DNA from: Chrysomallon squamiferum
Lineage: Eukaryota; Animalia; Mollusca
Assembly (NCBI GenBank): GCA_012295275.1
Contig: CM022677.1
Location: 2,728,001 to 2,792,000 of the forward strand
Length of the DNA stretch: 64,000 nt
Reading direction: 5' to 3'
How positions within the stretch are numbered: the stretch's first letter is position 1; each line of letters starts with the position of its first letter. The notes beneath the pieces are model-generated. The model ran no database searches and was not told the origin of the DNA. It saw only the letters and a program-made list of their open reading frames with translations. Positions 1-12,285 of this stretch are shown piece by piece. Both the position numbers and the translations under genes were made by a program.

Positions 1-273
1 ACACCACCACCAATAGATGCTGAAAATAATTACATAATAACATTGATTTTAATCTAAGTACAGTTAACTATGTAAATGTTTGCTTGTTTTATTTTATTTT
101 ATTTTATTTCATTTTATTTTATTTATTTATGTTTATTTGTTTTTTTCGTCGCTTCTTGTCGAAATATGTATATTTTTAATTTTGACACAAATATAACGGA
201 TTATTTTCCCCTTTTCACATAAATTATATACCACAAATTACTAAAAATATTAAAATAAAAGAAATCTGGAAAG

Positions 274-308
<35 letters not shown>

Positions 309-804
309 ATGATTAAAGGAATACAAAAATGAAAATATATTTAATTAATTTTAATAAGATTTGCAGAATAAATATAGTAAATAAATAAATAAGAATAAAA
401 ACTAAAAAAAATGTATCTAGTAACTTAAATTTAGTGAAATAAAATTAGTTAAAACCAGTAAAACAAAATTGTAAAATTAAAACTAACCTGACTTGTTTGA
501 TGAATGTTGAGTCTCAGCGGATTGTTTCCTTGGAATTATCTCCCCTGATGTTGTTGGTTCAAAATCAGAAGAAAAAGATGGTCTGGAGAAAAGTATGGAA
601 GTTGACAATTTTGGCGTAGTTGCTGCGGTTGTTTTCTGTGTCTGTTTCGCAGGTGTTGCCACCGATGTGGATGTTGTTGCTGGTGTAGTTACATTATCTG
701 TAAATACATAAAAGACTGTCTCAAGAAGACGTTTGTTGTTTTGTTTTTGTTTTATTAAAAGTTTGTATGTCATCTTTTAACTTTATTATTATTATTATTA
801 TTAT

Positions 805-837
<33 letters not shown>

Positions 838-1816
838 CTGTAGTAGTAGTAGTAATAATTGTAGTATTAGTATTAGTAGATATAGTAGCAGTAGTTTAAA
901 TTATAGATAGCTATTATTTCACAACACATTTATACATACATGCATAAACATATATATTATATACGTATTATGTACATACATACACAGATACATGCCTATG
1001 ATACATAATACTGTTACATTTTACAAAAATAAGTACATACAAACATACAAATACACAAGCACATACCTAGAGATATAGATATTTATATAAGGGTCTCTTT
1101 GTCTATAATCATTTTTAACTAATAAACAAAACGACTTTTTAACAATTTGTTTTACCGTGTTATTTTATACTCACATTTCTGACAAACAGCTGGATTTTTC
1201 TGGTCTGATTTGTAACTGTAATATAATCTGTAATTTTTTGTTAAACCGACCATCCTTTTAAAATCACTTTTAGAATCTGGTTTTCTTAACGATGCCACAC
1301 TACCTGCAAGATTTAAAACAAGTGTGATAGAATTTTGTTTTACACAGAGGAAGAAGTAACAATAAATACTGAATGTCTATTCTTTGTCGTTTTCAGCAGC
1401 AACACGAACATCAGTTAAATAAAGATTATCAAGAACAATGAAAAGATAAATATAACTAACACACAAAGACCCAAACACATACTTCCACACAAACACAACA
1501 CAAGATGTATACACATTTCTGACAACAATTTACCATCAATCCACAGCAGTTTGACATCTCTGTGGAGTCCAATCCAGTAGTAAAGATTTGTTTGTAGCAG
1601 ATTCTGCAGTGATGAGACTGTACTGCTGCTTACTTTAAACATGTCAAAATGTCTGCTTGCATAGTTCCATGACATCCTCCACCGTGAAATACAAGTTTCA
1701 GAATCCCAGTAACAATCTAAAAACAGATAATGAAAATGATGTTATAATGAAGGAATATTTCAATTTATTTTATTATTTATATTACATAGTTCTTCATTAT
1801 TATTAGCAGTAATAGT

Positions 1817-1871
<55 letters not shown>

Positions 1872-4800
1872 GTCATTATCAGATTATTTATTTATTTATT
1901 TATGAACTTTGTTAAAACTGTTACCTGTATAAAGTGTATATGCTCTGTAGCTGTCACAGTTTTGAAAACCAATTGTAAAATTGCCAGAATTGAACTTGAC
2001 GTAGCCGCAGCGCTTGATTCCGTCAGCGCTGTCGTCGATTGTAACTGAAGACGGAAGATCTGTAATGAAGTAATTTTTATATTGTGATAATGATCACTAT
2101 ATCGATGCATATTGATCCCAGACTTTATACATTCATTCATTATTGATTCGTTCGTTCTTTCGGACATCGTTTATTCATTCATTCGTGTGTTCGACTGATG
2201 TTAATAAAATAATTTTAAAAAGATAAATATTTTAAAAATTATGTTAAAGTTGTTTGTGTACCTGTTCTATAAATAGAAATTGTATTTCTTCCTCCGCAGT
2301 ATTCTTCATATGTCCCTGCACATCGAACTCGTTTTGTAGTTGACTTCACAGGACTTGCTGTGTCAGAGATTTCACAGTAACACCGCTTTCCCTACAAAAC
2401 ACGAAATAAATAACAATAATAACAAAAAATAACCTGGAATAAATGTGGAAATAAATTTACAATTAAAGTATGAACACAACAACAACAACGACAACAACAA
2501 CAATAAAAACAAGAGGAGTAATAATAATAATAATAATAATAACAATAATAATAATAACAATAAAAAGAAGGATATTGGTAGTAGTAGTGGTAGAAGTGGT
2601 AATAGTAGTAGAAGATGAAGTAGTTGTATTGGTTGCCGCAGTGACAGTTTAATTGTAGAAGTATATCTGTCTGTGTGTCCCATTTGTCTGTGTGTTATTC
2701 AGGTAACCTAAAACAAGTATATATTTAACACTTTTTTATTTGAATTCAGACTTTATGAAGAGAAGAATTTACCAACCTGTAAACCAATTTTTCCATTGCT
2801 CGGTTTACATTGCTGGAAGCATTTAAAAGCATCATTGTCTTGTATTGAGTATTTACTACTCAAACTCCCAACATCGATATCTCCAACATACTGGAATAAT
2901 TTTTCATTGGAATCTGAAAACAATAACAACACACACACACACACAAAAATTAATTAATAATAAATAAGTAGAAATAATAAGAAGAATAAAAAAATTAAAA
3001 ACAAAATAAAAGAAAAATAAAGCAACTATTTATTTATTTATTTATTTATTTATTTATTTGATGTGTATAGCTCTTATTAGTGGTTTAGTTGTGACTGTTG
3101 ATGTCGTAGATTAGTGATTTTCAAACACTGTGCCGCTGCACACTAGTGTGCCGTGAGAGATTGTCAGGTGTGCCGTGGGAAATTATCCAAGTTAATTTAA
3201 TTAGTCCAGAAAAAGAAATGATTGAGTTACTGCAGGTGAACTGCCATGGTTGAGTGTCTGTGTCTGGCGAAGTAATTAAATACTCTTCCATGTATTGACC
3301 TTCAGGCTGCATCAGCGCCGCAATAATGACGTTGTTAACTTAAGACAACAGAATTAGTGATGTATTTGAGAGGTGACGTCGAGAAGACGTACAGCGATAG
3401 ACGAATATTTGAAAAGTAAATAATGAAGACTCCGAACTGGATCCTGGACAAAATTGTAACCCAGGTGAAAAGCGTAATATGTTGGTGCTGGTCAAAAGAA
3501 AGCAAACTCGCTGAGTTCAAGAAAACACAGTTAAAGTTATCTTTCGCTTCAATTTACTTTTACTGGGATCCTGCTGCACTAACTCTTTGCTTGGTGTGTG
3601 GGCAAAAGGTTAACAACAGTGCATAGTCAGAAACAAGCTTAAACACCATCTCCAAACGAAACATTCGTCACTACAAAGCAAGAACACAGACTAATTTCTT
3701 TTCCTGCGAAAAAACACGGAGGAACAGCAGGCTTTAGGAGAAAAACTACAACGGTGTCTGTGAGAGCTCTCAAAGCTAGTTACTTTGTAGCTGAACTTGT
3801 AGCCAAATTTGAGAAATACAATAAAACTACCTGACTTCAAAACCGTTGTAAATGTGATGTTCAGCCCTGACGCGGTTAAAGAAGTACTTAAAGTTCCTCT
3901 GTCAGATAACACAACTGCCAGACGTATTGATGACGTATTGAAAACACACAATCGTTGATAATGATTAAATTATAAAGTAAAACTTTAATAAAACAGTAAA
4001 CTATTATTTATTTTGTAAACGACATTGAGATTAATAATAAAAGAATACCTACCAGTCCACATCCAAGGTGTAAACGTCTCTAAAGCTCCTACCCAATACT
4101 TTGTGTTGTATTTCATCTGAGAAAAAAGTTTGTCGTAGTCTAAACCAGAATGATGAACAACGAGTCTGCCTCCTGCCTCCTCACAGCCAGAATACGCTGC
4201 CTCCCACCAAGTTTGTTTTTTATCCAGTGTAAAATATTCTTCTAACATTTCTTCTTGTTTTCTGTCAGACCACGGACCTGTGTTCATTTATTAATATTTA
4301 TCTTAATTATTTATTTTGAAATATGTTGTAGAAATTTATAAATACTTACTTTTTTATGTTATGGTATGCTTTAATCAAGTTATGTTATATTGTAATATGT
4401 AATATTGCTATGTTATTATTTTAGTTATATTATGTTATGTTATGTTATACTACAAGTTATAATTAAGTTATGTTAGCGTACATTATGTAATATAGAATTT
4501 ATAGTAAATATTTAATTTTTAAACGATGTTATAACGTGCTAGTTTATTCTATTATGTAAAGTTTTACTGTTATATTAAAACATGTTATCTTAAATCGAAA
4601 CTCTGAGTTTGTCTGAGTTTGTTTTTGTTGTTGTTGTTATTAACTATGTTACCAGTATTTCATGTTAAAAATCCATTAAACATTCATTAGACATGATTTT
4701 ATAAAAAAAAGTCTGCTTTTTACCGCTTAAATATGATCGGCATGTATAAGAAATAAAAATTCTAAAATCCCTATTAATCAATAAATAAAACTTAAATAAA

Positions 4801-4963
4801 ATTTAACATTATAAGTTATCTCCCCTAGCCTTACACATATTTCAAATGACTTGAAGTACAACAAATAAATTAATTTTAAATAAATAAAAAACTTACTTAG
4901 TCTTTCTGCACCTGTAACCTGATTGTAGATCGTTAATATAATCACTGCTGTTAGTAAATTCAT
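1..4963 (-). CDS. Multi-exon type I membrane protein: signal peptide + C-type lectin-like domain with inserted WSC domain + second CTLD + Thr/Ser-rich stalk + start of TM segment (3' end runs off the window)
   Basis: Exons 4897-4963 (MNLLTAVIILTIYNQVTGAERL, signal peptide), 4053-4277 (TWWEAAYSGCEEAGGRL...YWVG...WMWT), 2777-2913 (YVGD...CFQQC...IGLQ), 2262-2391 (GKRCYC...CAGTYEEYCGGRNTISIY), 1925-2059 (RCGYVKF...QNCDSYRAY), 1534-1716 (MSWNYAS...YWIGLHR...WID), 1175-1303 (...PAVCQK), 488-697 (T/S/P-rich), <1-19 (ASIGGGV). All introns are GT-AG and all phases join without a stop. Confidence 0.85.
3112..3950 (+). mobile_element. Degenerate hAT (Buster/Charlie-type) DNA transposon relic in an intron of the lectin gene
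   Basis: Terminus-like tagtgattttcaaacactgtgccg...cactagtgtgccgtgaga. Broken transposase motifs: LCLVCGQK..NSA, KLKHHLQTKH (BED finger) and KVPLSDNTTARRIDD, with stops and frameshifts. Confidence 0.8.
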
Positions 4964-5578
4964 TATTTCTTTTTGTTTTCTTCTCTTTATTTTTATTTAC
5001 GAAACTTCTTACACAAGACGATGTAAAAACAGGTTTGTTTAAAGCAACCAGGAAGTAGATATTAATAGAAAGAGGAAAACAGGTCACGAGATAACATTCG
5101 TCACTGAAACGTTCAGCCTACACACCTAGCAACCTGACAACACAAGTTTATCAATGAATGGATACGTGTATTACAGAATACACTGTTTGTAATTTTGTGT
5201 TGGTATAATTATAAGTGATACATCCATTTTATTAATGTAAGTAGCTTGAATTTATTTAAATAATAGCTTACTTTATTTGTATGTATTTATATGAGTCTGT
5301 CTTTGTACATAAATACATAAATATATACATGTACACATGCATACTTACATAATACATACAGGCATACATACATACTTCTAAAGATACCCTCATACAAACA
5401 CACCAAAATATAAATACGTACTGAGTTTAATTTCACAGGCACACTTATGGTCACTTTATTTGGAGACTTGAGGATGTCTCAAAGCTGATAAAATATGTGA
5501 AGATTTCGATATAATGACATAGTGTCTTATTTCAAAATACAACCTTTGACCTTTTACACGCAACATATCAGTCTTAGT

Positions 5579-5580
<2 letters not shown>

Positions 5581-5649
<69 letters not shown>
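5581..5649. repeat. (CT)n microsatellite
   Basis: Perfect ct dinucleotide run. Confidence 0.95.
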
Positions 5650-5653
<4 letters not shown>

Positions 5654-6210
5654 TAATAATAATAAATTGTTACAGTTATTGTTAATTTTATTATTATTCT
5701 TTGTTCTGAGAACTAATTTTGCAATTGGTGGTTCATTTATCAAAATGCATTTACATACTTTAAGACAATATAACTTTAAAAAAATAAAAATATAAAGGAT
5801 AAAAAATATGTTTGGTAATAAACACAGTTTATCGCTAGATTTCTCTTATTTTATATTTTTAATATCAATCATGATGATTGTGTTCAGGAGCTCGCACCAG
5901 ACTGTCGTCATCTAGCCGCCATCTTTAAATTTTATCATCCATTGCAATAAGAGGATGATCTATCTGCGGAGATGGCATTATCTTTTTTCCTGACTGAATC
6001 AAACATTAGAAATATGTTCTGAAATTTTGAAGAATTTTTGCATATTTCCTGTAACACATTTTATAAAAACAAATGAAAGAAATGGCGATTTGGTTTCAAA
6101 TTTGATTGGGATCAGGGCCGACAACAGCTATTATTTTACATTTTATTTATTTAATTATTTATCTTAAAAATAGCTCATTTCATTTTCCTGTGTATGCATT
6201 GTGTGTGTAT

Positions 6211-6268
<58 letters not shown>

Positions 6269-6314
6269 ATGTATATAATTATTATGTTTTACTTTTCGCT
6301 GAGAACCAGTCTAC

Positions 6315-6322
6315 TGACGTCA
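6315..6322. promoter_or_regulatory. Full CRE palindrome TGACGTCA in the candidate promoter of the mini-tau gene
   Basis: TGACGTCA lies in a locally GC/CpG-richer patch upstream of a possible non-coding first exon (donor-like gcag|gttagg near 6434). Function is only inferred. Confidence 0.3.
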
Positions 6323-6688
6323 CTGGAAGACACTGGTTACGTTGTAAAATAAACGTCAGTAAGTGTTTTTGGTCTTTTCACTCCCATTTTGGCCACGAAA
6401 ATAAAAAGGTTAGTCCGAAAAAGTACAGATGCAGGTTAGGTAGATATTTCTCCTGGGAAATGCCTTACATCAAATTCTTGGTCACATAAAATCACTGCTG
6501 TTTTGTGCATTTAAATAACAAAAACTCTGTTATCTGAAAAGTAATGACATAACGTATTTAGTCCTCTGTTATATCTGATTGATTTTGTTAGCTTGAAAAA
6601 TCGAAGTGAGATATTTATTAGATGATCGAAAAAAAGAAAAGAAGAAAAAGGTGTTAATAAGTAAATAAATAAATAAATAATAATAATG

Positions 6689-6775
<87 letters not shown>

Positions 6776-6937
6776 GATTGATTGATTTACTGATTGGTTT
6801 TGCTTTTTTTTTGTTACTGTTATCATAATTATAATACAAAATTAATAAAGGAATGAAATTCATTATCATTGTATTTTTCTTAATATAAATATATTGTTAA
6901 TTAATTTCTAGGTGAATCCATACATTAAACTGAAATA

Positions 6938-7188
6938 ATGTCAAAGAAGAAGGTAATATAACCTAAATTTATTTTGTACACTACACATGTCTATGTGTTT
7001 GCATATGTGTGTGTGTGTCTATGTAAATGTGTATATATGAATATATGTATATATTTATGTATATGTCTGTATATATATATACAAGTGTGTATGTATTTAC
7101 ATATGTATCTTTGTACATGTGTGTGTATGTATATATGATTGTTTTGTACATATACGTATGCATTTCGTGTACTTCTCAGCTGTCACAT

Positions 7189-7233
<45 letters not shown>

Positions 7234-8862
7234 GAGGAGCTGTAAGAGACTGATGTGTGCATACTTTGCTAAAACTGTTTTGTTGTGTTTAGATTGAGTC
7301 AAAGATTGGATCACTGGACAATGCAAAACATGTTGCAGGTGGAGGAAAAACCAAGGTAGTTTTTTAAATGTGTGGGTGTCCAACTGTCTCTTAGTGTGTC
7401 TTCTTCTGTTTGTTATAGAAAACCAATTAAATAATAACATGTCTTTCTTTATCTTTCTCTCTCTCTAAATATGTGCGTCACTCTGTCTCTGTCTCTCTCT
7501 GTCTTTGTCTCTCTGGTTTGTCTGTCTGGCTCTCTGTCGGCCTGCCTGTTTATCTGTCTGTCAGTGAGTCTCTGTATCTGTGTCTGTCTGGCTGTATGTC
7601 TCTATGTATGTCTGTCTGTCTGTGTCTCTTTCTGATCTGTCTGGAGTTCTGTGTATATTTGTCAGTTTCTGTCTGTCTGTCTTTAAGTCTCTGTCCATGT
7701 GGCTGTCTGTCTTTTTCTGTATATATATAATATCATATATATGTGTGTGTGTGTGTGTGTCTGTCTGTATGTGTATGTGTCTGATCTGTATGTCTGTCTG
7801 TCTGTCTGTCTATCTCCAGGCTGTCTGCTTGTCTGTTTCAGTCTGTATATGTCTGTCTGTCTTTCTGTCCTTCTTTATTATTATTATTGTTATTTTTTCT
7901 TTCAGTATTTGTGATAATGTACATTTAGAATAAATAAACTAATAACGAGGGCTGATGATGTTTGCCTTATAACACAATTTAATAATAATAACTACAACCT
8001 TTGAAAAAAAATATACAATTTAATTCCACATTTTCAAATTCATATAACAATTTTTTTTCTTTTTCTTTTTTGGCTTTAGCTTTAATTTTCAATTTGCAGT
8101 TAAACATTATTCATACATTTTTATTTGTAATCAAATTCAGTTAAAATAATTGCCTTTTTTTTAAATTATTATTATTTGAGTGGGGAGAAGGAGAAGACTG
8201 ATTTTATAACACTTTTATATTTATCATTTAATTAGGTGTTTGATGAGAAAGTGAAAGTTGAAGCAAAGTCTAAAGTTGGGTCTCTGGACAATGCAGCACA
8301 TGTAGCTGCTGGTGGAAAAGAGAAAGTCATTATTTTATTTTATTTTATTTTATTTTATTTTATTTTACTTTATTTTATTTTGTATTGTTTTATTTTATTT
8401 TATTTTTCTTTATTTTATTTTTGTTTGGTTCTGTATGCTGATAATTTTGATGATGTTGATAAAAAAAAAAAAACATTATTTTATGGATAATTTGTAAAAT
8501 TTATTTTTATTATGATGTAGATTTACTGGAAGTAATAAATTATAATAAATTATAAAAATATTTATTTATTGTTTTTTGGTTGTTTATTTATATTTGTTTA
8601 TCTTATATTTTACTTATTACTGTTATTTTCTTTTAATATTTTATTTTATTTTATTTTATTTAATGTTATTTTATTTATTTATTTGTTTATTTTTTTGATC
8701 TATCTTTTATTTATTTATTTATTTATTTATATATTTATTATTAATTAGGTGTTTGATGAGAAAGTGAAAGTTGATGCAAAGTCTAAAGTTGGATCCATGG
8801 ACAATGCAGCCCATGTAGCTGGTGGTGGTCAGGAAAAGGTCATTATTTATTTATTTATTAAT

Positions 8863-8909
<47 letters not shown>

Positions 8910-11587
8910 TAGTTTAAAACTTTAACATCAGGTTTAATTTAAATCTATTTAAAATAATTATTTTATATTAATTTCACTCTCTGCAGTAAAAGTATCTTGT
9001 GGAATTCAAAGTCTTGAATGTATTAATGTGCAGTGATATAATTTGGAATAATTATGTTGTTGAAGGTGTGAGTTAAACATTTCAGGTGTTTGATGAGAAA
9101 GTGAAAGTTGATGCAAAGTCTAAAGTTGGATCTCTGGACAATGCAGCCCACGTAGCTGGTGGTGGTCAGGAAAAAGTCATTATTTTATTTTATTTTATTT
9201 TATTTTATTTCATTTCATTTTATTTTATTTTAGTACTACTTTTGTAGTGTTTAATTTATTAATTTTATTATTTATTTTCTCAAAATATTTAAAATGAAAA
9301 TATTATTATTATTGTTTTTGTTCTTGTTTGTCATTATTATTGTTGTTGTTTTTATCATTATTTAATTAACTTTTTTATTTTTAAATTATTTATTAGGTGT
9401 TTGATGAGAAAGTGAAAGTTGATGCAAAGTCTAAAGTTGGATCTCTGGACAATGCAGCCCATGTAGCTGGTGGTGGTCAGGAAAAGGTCATTATTTATTA
9501 ATTAATTTATTTATTTATTTATTTATAGTTTAAAACTTTAACATTTATCTAAATTTCCCAGTAGCGATAGGTTTAATTTAAATCTATTTAAAATAATTAT
9601 TTTATATTAATTTCACTCTCTGCAGTAAAAGTATCTTGTGGAATTCAAAGTCTTGAATGTATTAATGTGCAGTGATATAATTTGGAATAATTATGTTGTT
9701 GAAGATGTGAGTTAAACATTTCAGGTGTTTGATGAGAAAGTGAAAGTTGATGCAAAGTCTAAAGTTGGATCTCTGGACAATGCAGCCCACGTAGCTGGTG
9801 GTGGTCAGACCAAGGTATGTGTTATACTGAAATGTGTGTGTTACACTGAAATGTATGTGTTACACTGAAATGTATGTGTTATACTGAAATGTATGTGTTA
9901 CACTGAAATGTATGTGTTACACTGAAATGTATGTGTTACACTGAAATGTATGTGTTATACTGAAATGTGTGTGTCATACTGAAATGTATGTGTCACACTG
10001 AAATGTATGTGTTACACTGAAATGTATGTGTTATACTGAAATGTATGTGTTACACTGAAATGTATGTGTTACACTGAAATGTATGTGTCATACTGAAATG
10101 TTTGTGTCATACTGAAATGTTTGTGTTGTACTGAAATGTTTGTGTTATACTGAAATGTTTGTGTCATACTGAAATGTTTGTGTCATACTGAAAAGTTTGT
10201 GTTACACTGAAATGTTTGTATTACACTGAAATGTATGTGTTATACTGAAATGTTTGTGTTATACTGAAATGTTTGTGTCATACTGAAGTTTGTGTTGTAC
10301 TGAAATGTTTGTGTCATACTGAAATGTTTGTGTTACACTGAAATGTTTGTATTACACTGAAATGTTTGTGTTGTACTGAAATGTTTGTGTTACACTGAAA
10401 TGTTTGTGTTGTATTGAAATGTTTGTGTCATACTGAAATGTTTGTGTCATACTGAAATGTTTGTGTTACACTGAAATGTTTGTATTACACTGAAATGTTT
10501 GTGTCATACTGAAATGTATGTGTTACACTGAAATGTTTGTGTCATACTGAAATGTATGTGTCATACTGAAATGTTTGTGTCATACTGAAATGTTTGTGTC
10601 ATACTGAAAAGTTTGTGTTACACTGAAAAGTTTGTGTTACACTGAAACGTTTGTGTTGTACTGAAATGTTTGTGTTACACTGAAATGTTTGTGTTGTACT
10701 GAAATGTTTGTGTCATACTGAAATGTTTGTGTCATACTGAAATGTTTGTGTTATACTGAAATGTTTGTGTCATACTGAAATGTTTGTGTTATACTGAAAT
10801 GTAGGTGTTATACTGAAATGTAGATGCTAAACTGAAATGTTTGTGTAATACTGAAATGTTTGTGTCATACTGAAATGTATGTGTTGTACTGAAATATATA
10901 TGTTATACTGAAATGTTTGTGTTGTACTGAAATGTTTGTGTTATACTGAAATGTTTGTGTTGTACTGAAATGTTTGTTATGCTGAAATGTTTGTGTTACA
11001 CTGATATGTTTGTGTTATACCGAAATGTTTGTGTTACACTGAAATGTTTGTGTTGTACTGAAATGTTTGTGTTGTACTGAAATGTTTGTGTTATACTGAA
11101 ATGTTTGTGTTATACCGAAATGTTTGTGTTACACTGAAATGTTTGTGTTATACTGAAATGTACATGTTATACTGAAACGTATGTATTGTACTGAAAAGTT
11201 TGTGTTGTACTGAAATGTTTGTGTTGTACTGAAATGTTTGTGTTACACTGAAATTTACGTGTTATACTGAAATATTTGTGTTATACTGAAATGTTTGTGT
11301 TACACTGAAATGTTTGTGTGATACTGAAATGTACATGTTATACTGAAATGTTTGTGTGAATCATTTCTCTTTGTTGCTGTGTCATCATAGTTGCCATTGT
11401 TATTATTGATTTATTGCAATTATTATTAATATCATTATTATTATTATCATCATCATCATTATCATTATTATTATTATTAATATCATCACCACCATCATCA
11501 TCAGTATTATTATCATCATTATATTTATTATTAAATTTTTATTATTATTTTCATTATTACCATCATTGTTTTCTTTTTAATTTTTTC

Positions 11588-11621
<34 letters not shown>

Positions 11622-11773
11622 AATATTGTTGTTATTATTATTATTAAAAAATTTTAATTATCGTTACAATTATTCCTATTATTGTTGTTATTGTTGTTGT
11701 TGTTGTTGTTGTTATTGTTATTGTTATTGTTATTGTTATTCAGATTGAGAGTCACAAACTGGATGACTGGTAA
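6938..11773 (+). CDS. Small tau/MAP2-type microtubule-binding-repeat protein (185 aa, about 6 repeats, no projection domain)
   Basis: Coding exons 6938-6952 (MSKKK), 7293-7355 (IESKIGSLDNAKHVAGGGKTK), five 90-nt exons 8236-8325, 8749-8838, 9086-9175, 9397-9486, 9725-9814 (VFDEKVKV[D/E]AKSKVGS[L/M]DNAAHVA[G/A]GG[Q/K][E/T]K), and 11744-11773 (IESHKLDDW*). All introns are phase 0 and GT-AG. The SK[IV]GSLDN..H..GGG motif is the tau/MAP2 tubulin-binding repeat. Confidence 0.85.
9815..11358. repeat. 19-bp minisatellite (about 80 copies) filling most of the last coding intron of the mini-tau gene
   Basis: Unit gt[at]tgtgt[tc][ag][tc]actgaaat repeats head-to-tail, starting at the donor site at 9815. 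Confidence 0.95.
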
Positions 11774-12253
11774 TCAGTTTACAGGTAAGTTTTATATGGC
11801 TCAGTCTGCCACATTATTATTTTAGTTTAAACATTTGTAAAGAAATAAAATAAATTTTGAAAGTAATGGAAATTAAAATTAAAACATAAATAAATAAATA
11901 AAATAGTAATAATAATGAAATATATGATGTGACATGATATGGTGTGATACATACATGATATTATGATAATTGTAATAAATCAAAAAGGTTAATAATATAA
12001 TATTAACACAGTCAGTGTTAAAAATAAAATGATTTTATTATCTAGTATGTCAGTATTTCTGAACTGTGTAAAGAACAACATATTTTGCAGGTTTATGCAA
12101 ATAAAATTATGGGTTTAATAACTGATATTTGAAAATGTACAAATAGGATATAATAAATTTAAAAAAATCAAATCACTTGAAAAAAGAGATATTTATGTTA
12201 AGACCAACATAAATATCTTCTTCTTGTTTTTCTTTTCCTTTTTTAATATATAC

Positions 12254-12285
<32 letters not shown>

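Noticed and set aside
8236-8490. 84-aa ORF as a stand-alone gene (likewise 28384-28608)
   Set aside because: Only the 90-nt exon part is coding; the rest is read-through into intronic (tattt)n sequence.
9815-11358. Regular short repeats resembling a CRISPR array
   Set aside because: Units are head-to-tail with no unique spacers, there are no cas genes, and the context is a eukaryotic intron.
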